Shown here: one piece after another, positions 48,564 through 59,539 of the stretch
Layout of the letters: every line of letters begins with the position of its first letter
Position numbering within the stretch: the stretch's first letter is position 1
Source of the DNA: Erysipelotrichaceae bacterium
Lineage (GTDB): Bacteria > Bacillota_I > Bacilli_A > Erysipelotrichales > Erysipelotrichaceae
DNA: 64,000 nt
Reading direction: 5' to 3'
Assembly: GCA_017539105.1 (NCBI GenBank)
Contig: JAFYHQ010000045.1
Location: forward strand, 54,320 to 118,319
Translations under genes and position numbers: made by a program
The notes under the pieces: model-generated
Seen by the model: the letters and a program-made list of their open reading frames with translations, nothing else
Told to the model about the DNA's origin: nothing
Databases searched by the model: none

Positions 48564-49691
48564 ATGAGTGTTAATATCAAAATCCGTGACGCTGTGAAAA
48601 AATACGGCGATAATACGATAATTTCTGACTTATCACTGGATATCAAGGAGGGTGAGTTCTTTACCCTCCTTGGTCCATCTGGATGTGGTAAGACGACTTT
48701 ATTGCGTATGATTGCTGGCTTTAACTCGATCGAGGGTGGAGACTTTTATTTTGGGGATACCAGAATAAATGATATGGATCCGGCAAAGCGTAATATCGGT
48801 ATGGTGTTTCAGAACTATGCCATTTTCCCGAATATGACGGTGGAAAAGAACGTAGCATTCGGTCTGAAGAACCGTAAGCTTCCTGCGGAAGAGATCGCAT
48901 CCAAGACGGATCAGTTTCTGAAACTGATGAAGATTGATGAATATCGCGATCGTATGCCGGAGAGGCTTTCCGGCGGTCAGCAGCAGCGTGTCGCTTTGGC
49001 GAGAGCCTTGGCGATCACTCCGGATGTATTGCTGATGGACGAGCCGCTTTCGAATCTGGATGCCAAGCTGAGAGTCGAAATGCGTACGGTCATCAAGCAG
49101 ATACAGAATGAAGTAGGTATCACGACTGTCTACGTTACTCATGACCAGGAAGAGGCTATGGCTGTTTCCGATCGTATCGCTGTCATGAACAATGGCGATA
49201 TTCAGCAAATCGGTACGCCGAAGATCCTTTATCAGAGACCTGCGAATCTGTTTGTCGCAACGTTTATCGGTCATACGAATGTGATCGATGGCGAACTGAA
49301 GATCGAAGACGGCAAGGCTTATCTGTATCTGCCTGGCAACTACAAGGTCAGAATGGATACGATCCGCAAGGAAGATATGAAGGATCAGAAGGTCAAAGCA
49401 AGCATCCGTCCGGAAGAACTGGTAGTGGATGTGAACAATAAAGACGGCATCAAGGCGGTCATCGATGATGCGGTATTCCTTGGCTTGAATACGCACTATT
49501 TCGTACACTTCGAAGACGGAGAGACCGCGGAGATCGTTCAGGAATCCAAGATCGATTCCATCATTGAAAAAGGCACGGAAATCCGTCTGGGTGTCAAGAC
49601 CGAGAAGATCAATATCTTCGATGAGAACGGAGAACACAACCTGGTGGAAGGCGTGATCAACGATTACGACGTGTATAAAAAAGAGGCTTAA
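48564..49691 (+). CDS. ABC transporter ATP-binding protein with a C-terminal TOBE domain (FbpC/PotA-like)
   Basis: GPSGCGKTT, LSGGQQQRVALARAL and a C-terminal beta-rich TOBE-like extension. Confidence 0.9.
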   Translation: MSVNIKIRDAVKKYGDNTIISDLSLDIKEGEFFTLLGPSGCGKTTLLRMIAGFNSIEGGDFYFGDTRINDMDPAKRNIGMVFQNYAIFPNMTVEKNVAFGLKNRKLPAEEIASKTDQFLKLMKIDEYRDRMPERLSGGQQQRVALARALAITPDVLLMDEPLSNLDAKLRVEMRTVIKQIQNEVGITTVYVTHDQEEAMAVSDRIAVMNNGDIQQIGTPKILYQRPANLFVATFIGHTNVIDGELKIEDGKAYLYLPGNYKVRMDTIRKEDMKDQKVKASIRPEELVVDVNNKDGIKAVIDDAVFLGLNTHYFVHFEDGETAEIVQESKIDSIIEKGTEIRLGVKTEKINIFDENGEHNLVEGVINDYDVYKKEA

Positions 49692-49694
49692 TCT

Positions 49695-51350
49695 ATGAAC
49701 AGCAAGTCCAACAAATACTTCGATGTCTGGAAACTGGTCTCGGTAGCGATCCTTTTCCTGTACATCCTGTTCCTGCTGTATCCGCTGTTTAAGTTGCTGC
49801 AGAACGCGTTCTTTACCAACGAGGGACATTTCACTCTGGAACAGTTCCAGGCGTTCTTTTCGCAGTCTTATTACGTAGAATCGATCTTCAACAGCTTGAA
49901 GGTATCGGCGCTGGCGACGCTGCTGACGCTGGTCATCGGCATTCCTTTGGCCTACTTCTATCAGATGTATGAGATCAAAGGAAAGACGATACTGCAGGTA
50001 CTGATCATCCTTTGCTCGATGTCCGCTCCGTTTATCGGCGCGTACTCCTGGATCATGCTGCTGGGCAGAGGCGGTATCATCACGAAATTCATCGAGAGCA
50101 TCATCCAGAGACAGATGCCAAGCATCTATGGCTTCAATGGCATCCTGCTGGTGCTGGCACTACAGCTGTTCCCGCTGGTCTTCCTGTATGTTTCCGGCGC
50201 TTTGAAGAATATCGATAACTCCCTGCTGGAAGCAGCGGAAAATATGGGATGTTCCGGATTCAAGCGTTTCTTCAAGATCGTCATTCCATTGTGCATGCCT
50301 ACGATCATTGCGGCAACGCTGATGGTCTTCATGCGTGCGTTTGCGGATTTCGGTACGCCATTGCTGATTGGCGAAGGCTATCAGACCTTCCCGGTCATCA
50401 TTTATAAGACCTACTTTGCGGAAACCGGTTCCGACCACAATTTCGGTGCGGCCATTTCCGTTATCGCGATCGTCATCACGGCAATCATCTTCCTGATCCA
50501 GAGATACGTCAACAACCAGTTCCGTTTCACGATGAATGCGATGCATTCCATTGAACGAAAAGAACTGCATGGCTTGAAATCCATCCTGGTACATTTCTAT
50601 TGCTGGTTCGTGGTACTGCTGGCGTTCATGCCGCAGATCTATGTCATCTACACCTCGTTCCAGAAGACCTCAGGCAAGATCTTCCTGCCGGGCTATTCTT
50701 TGGATTCGTACCGTTTCGCGTTCTCGCATCTGAAGAATGCGATTCCGAATACGTTCCTGATCGGCGGTCTGGCTTTGATTGTTGTCATCCTGCTGGCGAT
50801 TCTGATCGCTTATCTGGTGGTCAGAAGAAGCAACCTCATCAACAAGATCATCGATACCTTGTCCATGGTTCCATATATCATTCCTGGTTCCGTTGTCGGT
50901 ATTGCATTGCTGATGGCGTTCAATAAGAAGCCGCTGGTACTGGCAGGCACGGTCACGATCATGATCATCGCATTGGTCATCCGTCGTATCCCTTATACCA
51001 TCCGTTCTTCGACTGCGACTTTGCAGCAGATCCCGATGTCGATCGAGGAAGCGGCGATCTCGCTTGGTTCTTCCAAGCTGAAGGCGTTCTTTACGATCAC
51101 GGTTCCGATGATGGCGAATGGTATCCTGTCGGGTGCGATCATGTCCTGGGTCACGATCATTACCGAGCTGTCTACGGCAATCATCCTGTACAACCTGAAG
51201 ACGATCACGCTGACGCTGGCGACGTATACGTATGTTTCCAGAGGCAACTATGGCATCGCTGCGGCTTATGCGACGATCCTGACGGTTGCGACGGTACTGT
51301 CGTTACTGATCTACATGAAGATCACAGGAAACAAAGAAATATCGTTCTAG
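49695..51350 (+). CDS. ABC transporter permease with two fused permease domains (FbpB/ThiP-type)
   Basis: A 551-aa polytopic protein with two internal homologous halves, each carrying an EAA-like loop. Confidence 0.85.
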   Translation: MNSKSNKYFDVWKLVSVAILFLYILFLLYPLFKLLQNAFFTNEGHFTLEQFQAFFSQSYYVESIFNSLKVSALATLLTLVIGIPLAYFYQMYEIKGKTILQVLIILCSMSAPFIGAYSWIMLLGRGGIITKFIESIIQRQMPSIYGFNGILLVLALQLFPLVFLYVSGALKNIDNSLLEAAENMGCSGFKRFFKIVIPLCMPTIIAATLMVFMRAFADFGTPLLIGEGYQTFPVIIYKTYFAETGSDHNFGAAISVIAIVITAIIFLIQRYVNNQFRFTMNAMHSIERKELHGLKSILVHFYCWFVVLLAFMPQIYVIYTSFQKTSGKIFLPGYSLDSYRFAFSHLKNAIPNTFLIGGLALIVVILLAILIAYLVVRRSNLINKIIDTLSMVPYIIPGSVVGIALLMAFNKKPLVLAGTVTIMIIALVIRRIPYTIRSSTATLQQIPMSIEEAAISLGSSKLKAFFTITVPMMANGILSGAIMSWVTIITELSTAIILYNLKTITLTLATYTYVSRGNYGIAAAYATILTVATVLSLLIYMKITGNKEISF

Positions 51351-51374
51351 GATAGAAATAAGTAAATTTGATTA

Positions 51375-51410
51375 AAACCCTCCCTGTTAAAAAACAAGGA
51401 GGGTTTTTAA
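51375..51410 (+). terminator. Rho-independent terminator (AAACCCTCCCTG-loop-CAAGGAGGGTTT followed by TTT)
   Basis: A 12-bp stem with one mismatch, followed by a T-run. Confidence 0.65.
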
Positions 51411-51497
51411 TTAATAGAAAACGGATGTGTTATTATATTTATGAAAAATATAGAATTATTAATTTAAAAGAGTATGAAACAAAGGGGTATCAGGATT

Positions 51498-54400
51498 ATG
51501 AAACGTATATTGACAATATTGTCTGTTTTTTTATTGTGTGTATCTTTATTGAGCGTAAAGATTATTTCTGCTGAAGAAGATGCCGCTACAAACACTTTAT
51601 CAGAAGCCGTTGAAGAAAATGCATCTAAAGAAGAAACTGTTCAACAGGATGTGACAACAGAAACGATGGATGAAGATGCAATAGAAGAGAATAAAACAGA
51701 AACGATCGTTTCAGATAATGATGTTTCAAATGAGAACATCATGGAAATAAATGTTGAAGAAGCTGATGAATCTGTCCTTAATGATGAAACGATCGATAAC
51801 TCCATTAGGCAAGAGGAAACAACGGATTCCATCTCCGAAGATCTTCCGGTAGAGCTGGATGAAACCAGCACCACTGGAGATGCTTACGCAATTCTGGCAA
51901 ATAACGGAGACTTTGTTTTCTTTAGAAGTACTACATCCTATAACAATGGGTCTACATACTCCGTCACAATAAATGGAACATCTTATAGAGGGACCGTTTA
52001 TTCTGGAATCGAGATGTTACAGGCAACCTATGATGGCGTTACTTGCACAACTCCTTGGCGCAATAAAATATCATCAATCAAAAAAGTCTATGTAGCAAAT
52101 GGCCAGACAATAAGTCCTATATCTATGGCATACTGGTTTTTGAGTTGTACTAACATGACATCTTTCGATGGAACAGGTTTCGATACATCGAATGTTACGG
52201 ATATGAGTTGGATGTTCGCTTTTTGTTCTTCCCTGACATCCGTAAATGTGAGTGGTTTCGATACATCGAATGTTACGGATATGAATTTATTGTTTGATGG
52301 CTGTTCTTCTTTAACGACTGTTGATGTGAGTGGATTCAATACATCGAGTGTTGCTGATATGAGCCAAATGTTTCATGGTTGTTCCTCTCTGACAGCCGTT
52401 GATGTGAGCGGATTCGATACATCGAGTGTCGTGTACATGCTCTACATGTTTTCTGGGTGTTCGTCTTTGACATCTCTTGATTTGAGCGGATTCAATACAT
52501 CGAGTGTTACGGATACGGGATACATGTTTAATGACTGCTCCTCCCTAACATCTCTTGACATAAGTGGATTCGTTACATCAAATGTTTCATATATGGCATA
52601 TATGTTTAATGGTTGTTCCTCTCTGACAGCCGTTGATGTGAGCGGATTCGATACATCGAGTGTCGTGTACATGCTCAACATGTTTTCTGGGTGTTCGTCT
52701 TTGGCATCTCTTGATCTGAGCAGTTTTGATACGTCGAATGTCTCATATATGAGAAATATGTTTGATGGTTGCTCCGTTTTAGATACGGTCATATTGGGTT
52801 CCAAATTTACAAGATGGTTAGACAACTCTTATCTTCCTTCAGGTAGCTGGTATCACGAAAACCCCAATTTAGTTAAGGATGAATATGAACTGTGCAACCA
52901 ATTTCCATCTCATGCTGCAGAATGGGCTGGAACATGGACACGGAAAGGCTTTGCTTATGCTATCTTGACAAACAATAGGGAACTTATTTTCTTTAGAAGC
53001 GGAACTTCCTATACTAACGGTTCAACATACACTGTTACAATTGATGGAACATCTTATACAGGAACTGTTTATTCCGGATTTGAGGCACTGTCTGCGACTT
53101 CATATAATTCAATTCCTTGGTATTCAAATAGACAATTGATCAATAAAGTCTATGTAGTTAATGGTCAAACAATCAATCCTGTATCGACCACTTATTGGTT
53201 CTATGAATGTTCCAACATAACATCTTTCAATGCAACAGGCTTCAATACATCAAATGTTACGAATATGGGGAGCATGTTCTACGGCTGTTCCTCCTTGACA
53301 TCGCTAGATCTGAGCGGATTTGATACATCAGAAGTTACTAATATGAGCGGTATTTTCTATGATTGCTCCTCCTTGACATCTCTTGACATGAGTGATTTCG
53401 ATACATCAAAAGTCACACACATGAGGCGTATGTTCTGGAATTGCTCCTCCTTGACATCTCTTGATTTGAACAGTTTCGATACATCATGCGTTGAGGATAT
53501 GGAAAGCATGTTCTCTGGCTGTTCTTCCCTGACCTCTTTAGATCTCAGTCATTTCGATACATCAAATGTTACTCGCATGCAAGGATATGATTATTTATAT
53601 GGAATGTTCTCTGGCTGTTCATCGCTGACTTCTCTAGATCTCAGTCATTTCGATACATCTAACGTTGGGGATATGGCTAGTATGTTCTCTGGCTGTTCTT
53701 CCCTGGCTTCCCTTAATTTAAGCAGTTTCAATACATCGAATGTTGTAGATATGTACAACATGTTTTCCGGTTGTTCTTCCCTGGCTTCCCTTGATCTAAG
53801 TGGTTTTGATACATCAAATGTACAAGGCATGGATCGTATGTTCTATAATTGTTCTTCCTTGGTCTCTCTTGATTTAAGCAGTTTCGATACATCAAAAGTG
53901 ACGGATGCGGAAATGATGATGGACATGTTTTATGGATGTTCTTCCTTAGAAACTATCAAACTAGGTTCTGGATTTACAAACTGGATAGATAATGCTTATT
54001 TGCCTACGGGCAACTGGTTGCATGAAGAACCTGATCTGGTGAAGACTGAAGTCGAACTGTATAACCAATATCCATCTCATGCAGCAGAATGGGCAGGCAT
54101 CTGGACTAGAGACATGTCAAGAGTTGGCAGTGCATATGCGATCCTTGCGGACGATGGAGACTTCATCTTCTTTAGAAGCGAAACGCCTTATACCAATGGT
54201 TCGTCTTGTACTGTAGTTATCAATGGTGTTTCCTATACCGGAACCGTATATTCCGGAATCGAAGACTTGTCTGTTGACGATAATTATGACATTCCTTGGT
54301 ATTCCAAAACAGGAACGATCAAGAAAACGTATGTTGCAGAAGGGTATACAATCAAGCCGGTCTCCATGGCTTACTGGTTCTATGATTGTACCGAAATGAC

Positions 54401-57400
54401 TTCATTCGATGGCGATGGCTTCGATACTTCATGCGTTACTGGTATGAATTTCTTGTTCTACAATTGCCGGTTAATGACGGAAACTGACCTAAGCGATTTT
54501 GACACCTCCAGTGTTGAAGATATGGGCTGGATGTTCTATGATTGCGAATCACTGGCATTTTTTGATCTGGAGGGATTCGTTACTTCAAATGTCGAAAATA
54601 TGGGCAGCATGTTCTCGCATTGCCTTTCTGCGGTATCTCTCGATGTCGATGGTTTCGATACTTCAAAAGTTCGTTCCATGAGTTCTATGTTCGCTTATTG
54701 TAACCTGCTGGAGTCTCTTGATCTGAGTCATTTCAACACATTGAGCGTTCAAAGCATGGACTCGATGTTTGCTGGCTTACCAGCCATGACATCGCTCGAT
54801 TTAAGCAATTTCAATACTTCAGCAGTTCAGAATATGTCCTCCATGTTCAGCAACAGCGGATTCCTAGTATCGCTTGATTTAAGCAGTTTTAATACCTCAA
54901 GTGTTACAAATATGCGGATGATGTTTAATGGATGCCTGTCTTTGGCTGAAGTGAAATTTGGTCCGTCTTTCAGTAAATGGATCCAGAACGCCTATCTGCC
55001 TTCAGGCAGCTGGGCGCTTAAGAACTCTTCTTTAGTTAAGACAGAAACTGAACTGTATAATGAGTATCCTTCTCATGCACAAGAATGGGCAGGAACCTGG
55101 ATTAAAATCACACCTGTTTCTTCTGTTTCTTTGAATAAGAATTCACTTAATATCAAAGTAAATGCTTCAGAAGCTTTAACTGTGACAGTTCTTCCTGAAG
55201 ATGCAACGATCAGAGATGTGGTATGGAGTTCATCCGATTCAACTGTTGCTTCTGTTAATCAGAACGGTCTTGTGACCGCTTTACAAGCCGGGACAGCCAT
55301 CATCACTGTTACAACAACTGATGGAACCAATCTTTCTGCTCAATGTGAAGTAACAGTGGAAGAAAATGTCCCTACAGACGGAACTGCTTATGCAGTGTTA
55401 ACAGACAATGGCAATTTGATATTCTTTAGAAGTTTTGAAACATACACAAATGGTGTTAATACGACAGCAAAAGATATCTACAATAATACCTATACCGGAA
55501 TTGTATATACAGGAATAGAAACAGCAAATTTTGAAGAATCTTCTCAGGTTCCGTGGCTTTCAGATCCAGGTTCTATTGGAAGTTCATATGTTGCACCTGT
55601 CCAGATTATTAGCCCGATATCAACAGCCTTCTGGTTTTATAATTGTTCGAATATGACATCAGTAGATTTATCAGGACTTGATACATCCAATGCCACATAT
55701 ATGCACTGCATGTTCTATGGTTGTTCCTCCCTCACATCTCTTGACTTAAGTAACTTCAGCACATCTGACGTCATATATATGGACAGCTTGTTCTCCGGTT
55801 GTTCTTCTCTGACCTCTATTGATCTGAGCAGCTTTGATACCTCCGCCGCCACAAATATGGCTGATATGTTTAAAGATTGTTCCGCCTTGATTTCTGTAAA
55901 ATTTGGAACGGAATTCACCAAATGGATCCAGAATGCTTATCTTCCTACAGGCACATGGTTCAATCTGGAAAAGAATCTTCACAAAACAGAGACAGAACTG
56001 TATGACAGCTATCCCGCAAATGCGTCAGCTTGGTCAGGGACATGGATAAAAGGCATGCTTGCTTCCTCCATTTCTCTGAATAACGATTCGTTAATCATGA
56101 AAGTTGATGATTCCGAAACATTGATTGCTACGGTTCTTCCTGAAGATGCAGCATTCAAAGACGTTGCATGGAATTCATCCGATCCGACTATTGCCTCTGT
56201 CGATCAGAATGGTCTTGTCACAGCATTAAGCACAGGAACAGCCATCATTACTGCAACAACAACTGATGGAACTGATCTTTCTGCACAGTGCGAAGTAACG
56301 GTTGAAGAAATACAACCGACAGATGGAACGGCATATGCCTTATTAACAAACAGAGGAGATCTGATCTTCTTCAGAAGTTTTAGTACATACACAAACAGAA
56401 CGAGTACAACTGTAGAAGATATATATGGCAATACCTATACCGGAACTGTCTATACAGGGGTTGAATCTGGCAATAACTACTGGCTCTCAGACAGCGATTC
56501 TGTAAAGAGTGTCTATGTTGCACCAAACCAGACGATCAAGCCAGCATACACTGCGTATTGGTTCCGCGACTGTTCGAACATGACTTCATTTGATGCAACA
56601 GGTTTTGATACATCAAATGATAGAAACATGTCATACATGTTCCTTTACTGTTCTTCTCTTTCTTCTCTTTATCTCAGCGGTTTTGATACATCCAACGTTA
56701 CAGACATGAGAGAAATGTTCTCTGGCTGTTCCGCTCTGACTTCTCTGGATCTAAGCAGCTTTGATACATCAAAAGTAACGAACATGACATCCATGTTTTA
56801 TAGGTGTTCCGCTCTGACTTCTCTTGATCTGAGTAGTTTTAATACAACCCTTGTCACAACAGGAATGGCCAATATGTTCTATGGATGTTCTTCTTTGCCA
56901 TCTCTTGATCTGAGCAGTTTTAACACGTTGAATGTAACAGATATGAGTTCCATGTTTGAAGGATGCTCTTCATTATCATCGGTTGACTTAAGTGGTTTTG
57001 TTACGTCACAAGTTACCGACATGTCATTGATGTTCTATGAATGCTCATCTCTAGCCTCAATTGATCTTAGTAGCTTCAATACATCCAATGTTACGAACAT
57101 GAGAGGAATGTTCGATAATGATTCCGCTCTGACCACTCTTGATCTGAGCAGTTTCGATACATCGAAAGTCACCGATATGTATGGTATAGTCTCTCACTGT
57201 TCCTCTCTTGTTTCACTTGATCTGAGCAGTTTTAACACGTCGAATGTGGCCAATATGAAAACCATGTTCCGTGACTGTAGCAGTTTGGCTTCTGTTAAAT
57301 TAGGTGCTGATTTTACTAAATGGATAGACAATGCCTACTTGCCTTCAGGCACATGGTACAACTTTGAGAAGGAACTTCATAAAACAGAAATAGAACTCTA

Positions 57401-59435
57401 TAACAACTATCCTTCAAATGCTTCAGACTGGGCAGGAACCTGGATCAAAGGAACAGATGTTTCGTCCGTTTCTTTGAACAAGACTTCACTGAATATGAAG
57501 GTCGGAGCTTCTGAAACACTTACTGCGACAGTCCTCCCTGAAGATGCAACGAATAAAGAATTAGTCTGGTCATCCTTGGATCCAACGATTGCTTCTGTCG
57601 ATCAGAATGGACTGGTTACAGCTATGAAAGTTGGAATCACAATTATCAAAGCAACCACGACAGACGGAACGAATCTTTCTGCTCAATGCGGAGTGACCGT
57701 AGAAAAAGCTGATGCAACAGACGGAATCGCTTATGCCGTGCTGACATCGGATGGGGATCTGATTTTCTTCAAAAGTTTTGAAACATACACAAACGGCGAG
57801 GAAATATCAGCCAGAGATATTCATAACAATTCTTATATCGGCACCGTTTATTCGGGAATCGAAACGGATGTTTATGACCTTTCTGTTCCATGGTATTCAC
57901 AACAGGAATCTATCATAAAAGCATATGTTGCCCCGGATCAGATGATTAAGCCGAAATCCACAGCATACTGGTTCAATGATTGCGAAGCTATGACATCTAT
58001 CGCTTTATCAGGATTCGATACATCGGATGTCACCGACATGCGTGACATGTTCCATGGCTGCGAATCGCTGACTTCTCTTGATCTAAGCAGTCTCAATACA
58101 ACTAAGGTTGCAGATACGACTGCCATGTTCTATGGGTGTACTTCCCTTGAATCACTTGATCTGAGCAGTTTCAATACTTCGAATGTTGAAAGAATGGAAG
58201 ATATGTTCCTTGATTGTCCTTCTTTGACTTCTGTCAAGCTGGGTACCGGGTTCACGACATGGAATGATAATGCATACCTTCCTGAAGGAACATGGCACAA
58301 TTTTGATAAAAATCTGCATATCACAGAAACTGAATTGTATAGCAGCTATCCAAGGAATGCGTCTGTATGGTCGGGTACTTGGGTCAGAAGAACATTGCTT
58401 TCTTCGGTCGCTTTGAATGAGCATGAACTGACCATGATCATCAGTGACACAGAGAGTCTTTCTGCAACGATCCAGCCAGAAGATGCAACGATCAAGGATC
58501 TTGAATGGTCTTCTTCCAAACCAGCTATCGTATCCGTGGATCAGGAAGGCAATATCGTTGCGTTGGCGTTGGGAGAAGCGGTGATTACTGTTTCTGCCAC
58601 GGATGGTTCCGGTTTGTCTGACAGCTGCACTGTGAAGGTGGTTGAGATGATGTTGCATTTTGAAGAGAAGAATCTCACAATCATTCCGCAGGACAGCAAG
58701 CAGCTTACGGTCGCTATCAGACCTGAAAGCCAGTCAGGTCGTAAAGTAGTCTATGAATCTTCCGATCCTTCCATACTGTCGGTAGATGAAGAAGGCGTTA
58801 TTACCGGAATCAAAGCGGGGAAAGCAACGGTTACGGCATACCTTGAAGAATACGAAGAAGCAAGCGATACCTGTGAGGTCAGGGTTCTGTTCAAAGACGT
58901 CGCCGTATCTACAAGTTATTTCTTCAACCCGGTCTATTGGGCATTCGATAACGGAATAACCACCGGCACCTCTCCAACGACTTTCTCTCCGGATGATCCT
59001 TGTACAAGAGGACAGGTAGTAACGTTCCTGTGGAGAACACTTGGCTGCCCTGAACCTGTATCAGAGAATCCTTTCAAGGATGTTTCTGAAGGCAAGTTCT
59101 ATTACAAAGCAGTCATCTGGGCATTCGAGAACGGCATTACGACAGGAACATCAAAGACCACTTTCTCTCCGAATGACAAGTGTACGAGAGAACAGATCGT
59201 TACTTTCTTATACAGAACTGCTAAATATGCCAACGGAGGCAATGATCCTGAATATGTATCGAAAGATATGAACTTCTCTGATGTCTTGGTGAGCAATTAT
59301 TTCTATGAACCTGTACATTGGGCATTCTCAACAGGCATCACCACCGGAATTTCGTCAACGAAATTCGGTGTAGGTAACGACTGTATCAGGGCGATGGTCG
59401 TTACTTTCCTGAAGAGGTATGATGACGCATACTAA
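51498..59435 (+). CDS. Giant (~2,646 aa) SLH-anchored cell-surface protein built from six super-repeats of DUF285-type 26-residue repeats, Big_2 Ig-like domains and three C-terminal SLH domains
   Basis: Signal peptide MKRILTILSVFLLCVSLLSV (RBS AAGGGG before the ATG at 51498; the ORF could start at 51474). There are more than 60 copies of the 26-aa unit FDTSNVTDMSxMFxGCSSLTSLDLSG. There are five or six Big_2 modules (...LTVTVLPEDAT...VTALQAGTAIITVTT...). The C-terminus carries three SLH domains (...NPVYWAFDNGITTGTS...). Confidence 0.85.
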   Translation: MKRILTILSVFLLCVSLLSVKIISAEEDAATNTLSEAVEENASKEETVQQDVTTETMDEDAIEENKTETIVSDNDVSNENIMEINVEEADESVLNDETIDNSIRQEETTDSISEDLPVELDETSTTGDAYAILANNGDFVFFRSTTSYNNGSTYSVTINGTSYRGTVYSGIEMLQATYDGVTCTTPWRNKISSIKKVYVANGQTISPISMAYWFLSCTNMTSFDGTGFDTSNVTDMSWMFAFCSSLTSVNVSGFDTSNVTDMNLLFDGCSSLTTVDVSGFNTSSVADMSQMFHGCSSLTAVDVSGFDTSSVVYMLYMFSGCSSLTSLDLSGFNTSSVTDTGYMFNDCSSLTSLDISGFVTSNVSYMAYMFNGCSSLTAVDVSGFDTSSVVYMLNMFSGCSSLASLDLSSFDTSNVSYMRNMFDGCSVLDTVILGSKFTRWLDNSYLPSGSWYHENPNLVKDEYELCNQFPSHAAEWAGTWTRKGFAYAILTNNRELIFFRSGTSYTNGSTYTVTIDGTSYTGTVYSGFEALSATSYNSIPWYSNRQLINKVYVVNGQTINPVSTTYWFYECSNITSFNATGFNTSNVTNMGSMFYGCSSLTSLDLSGFDTSEVTNMSGIFYDCSSLTSLDMSDFDTSKVTHMRRMFWNCSSLTSLDLNSFDTSCVEDMESMFSGCSSLTSLDLSHFDTSNVTRMQGYDYLYGMFSGCSSLTSLDLSHFDTSNVGDMASMFSGCSSLASLNLSSFNTSNVVDMYNMFSGCSSLASLDLSGFDTSNVQGMDRMFYNCSSLVSLDLSSFDTSKVTDAEMMMDMFYGCSSLETIKLGSGFTNWIDNAYLPTGNWLHEEPDLVKTEVELYNQYPSHAAEWAGIWTRDMSRVGSAYAILADDGDFIFFRSETPYTNGSSCTVVINGVSYTGTVYSGIEDLSVDDNYDIPWYSKTGTIKKTYVAEGYTIKPVSMAYWFYDCTEMTSFDGDGFDTSCVTGMNFLFYNCRLMTETDLSDFDTSSVEDMGWMFYDCESLAFFDLEGFVTSNVENMGSMFSHCLSAVSLDVDGFDTSKVRSMSSMFAYCNLLESLDLSHFNTLSVQSMDSMFAGLPAMTSLDLSNFNTSAVQNMSSMFSNSGFLVSLDLSSFNTSSVTNMRMMFNGCLSLAEVKFGPSFSKWIQNAYLPSGSWALKNSSLVKTETELYNEYPSHAQEWAGTWIKITPVSSVSLNKNSLNIKVNASEALTVTVLPEDATIRDVVWSSSDSTVASVNQNGLVTALQAGTAIITVTTTDGTNLSAQCEVTVEENVPTDGTAYAVLTDNGNLIFFRSFETYTNGVNTTAKDIYNNTYTGIVYTGIETANFEESSQVPWLSDPGSIGSSYVAPVQIISPISTAFWFYNCSNMTSVDLSGLDTSNATYMHCMFYGCSSLTSLDLSNFSTSDVIYMDSLFSGCSSLTSIDLSSFDTSAATNMADMFKDCSALISVKFGTEFTKWIQNAYLPTGTWFNLEKNLHKTETELYDSYPANASAWSGTWIKGMLASSISLNNDSLIMKVDDSETLIATVLPEDAAFKDVAWNSSDPTIASVDQNGLVTALSTGTAIITATTTDGTDLSAQCEVTVEEIQPTDGTAYALLTNRGDLIFFRSFSTYTNRTSTTVEDIYGNTYTGTVYTGVESGNNYWLSDSDSVKSVYVAPNQTIKPAYTAYWFRDCSNMTSFDATGFDTSNDRNMSYMFLYCSSLSSLYLSGFDTSNVTDMREMFSGCSALTSLDLSSFDTSKVTNMTSMFYRCSALTSLDLSSFNTTLVTTGMANMFYGCSSLPSLDLSSFNTLNVTDMSSMFEGCSSLSSVDLSGFVTSQVTDMSLMFYECSSLASIDLSSFNTSNVTNMRGMFDNDSALTTLDLSSFDTSKVTDMYGIVSHCSSLVSLDLSSFNTSNVANMKTMFRDCSSLASVKLGADFTKWIDNAYLPSGTWYNFEKELHKTEIELYNNYPSNASDWAGTWIKGTDVSSVSLNKTSLNMKVGASETLTATVLPEDATNKELVWSSLDPTIASVDQNGLVTAMKVGITIIKATTTDGTNLSAQCGVTVEKADATDGIAYAVLTSDGDLIFFKSFETYTNGEEISARDIHNNSYIGTVYSGIETDVYDLSVPWYSQQESIIKAYVAPDQMIKPKSTAYWFNDCEAMTSIALSGFDTSDVTDMRDMFHGCESLTSLDLSSLNTTKVADTTAMFYGCTSLESLDLSSFNTSNVERMEDMFLDCPSLTSVKLGTGFTTWNDNAYLPEGTWHNFDKNLHITETELYSSYPRNASVWSGTWVRRTLLSSVALNEHELTMIISDTESLSATIQPEDATIKDLEWSSSKPAIVSVDQEGNIVALALGEAVITVSATDGSGLSDSCTVKVVEMMLHFEEKNLTIIPQDSKQLTVAIRPESQSGRKVVYESSDPSILSVDEEGVITGIKAGKATVTAYLEEYEEASDTCEVRVLFKDVAVSTSYFFNPVYWAFDNGITTGTSPTTFSPDDPCTRGQVVTFLWRTLGCPEPVSENPFKDVSEGKFYYKAVIWAFENGITTGTSKTTFSPNDKCTREQIVTFLYRTAKYANGGNDPEYVSKDMNFSDVLVSNYFYEPVHWAFSTGITTGISSTKFGVGNDCIRAMVVTFLKRYDDAY
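52150..58250 (+). repeat. Intragenic array of near-identical 78-bp (26-codon) coding repeats organised into six ~1-1.4-kb super-repeats
   Basis: Recurrent DNA words such as TTCGATACATCGAATGTTACGGATATG and GGCTGTTCTTCCCTGAC. Each super-repeat starts with a module of the form (D)AYAILxNNGDLIFFRS...GTVYSGIE.... Confidence 0.8.
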
Positions 59436-59463
59436 GTAATTATATAAATTTCAGATCATGTCA

Positions 59464-59495
59464 AAAGGCTACTGATAATTCAGTAGCCTTTTATA
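59464..59495 (+). terminator. Terminator after the giant surface-protein gene (AAAGGCTACTG-ATAATT-CAGTAGCCTTT)
   Basis: An 11-bp perfect stem followed by a T-rich tail. Confidence 0.6.
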
Positions 59496-59539
59496 TCTTC
59501 GTCATTATTAATGTTCAGCGTGTTAATATATTGGTGTAG

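Noticed and set aside
51368-51574. 68-aa ORF overlapping the start of the giant surface-protein gene
   Set aside because: It overlaps the terminator and promoter region and the signal-peptide start in another frame. It is AT-rich low-complexity with no RBS.
52150-58250. Considered whether the highly regular repeats could be a CRISPR array
   Set aside because: Repeats are 78 bp, in frame, translated into a 26-aa protein motif inside a single 7.9-kb ORF, and have no unique spacers. They are coding tandem repeats.
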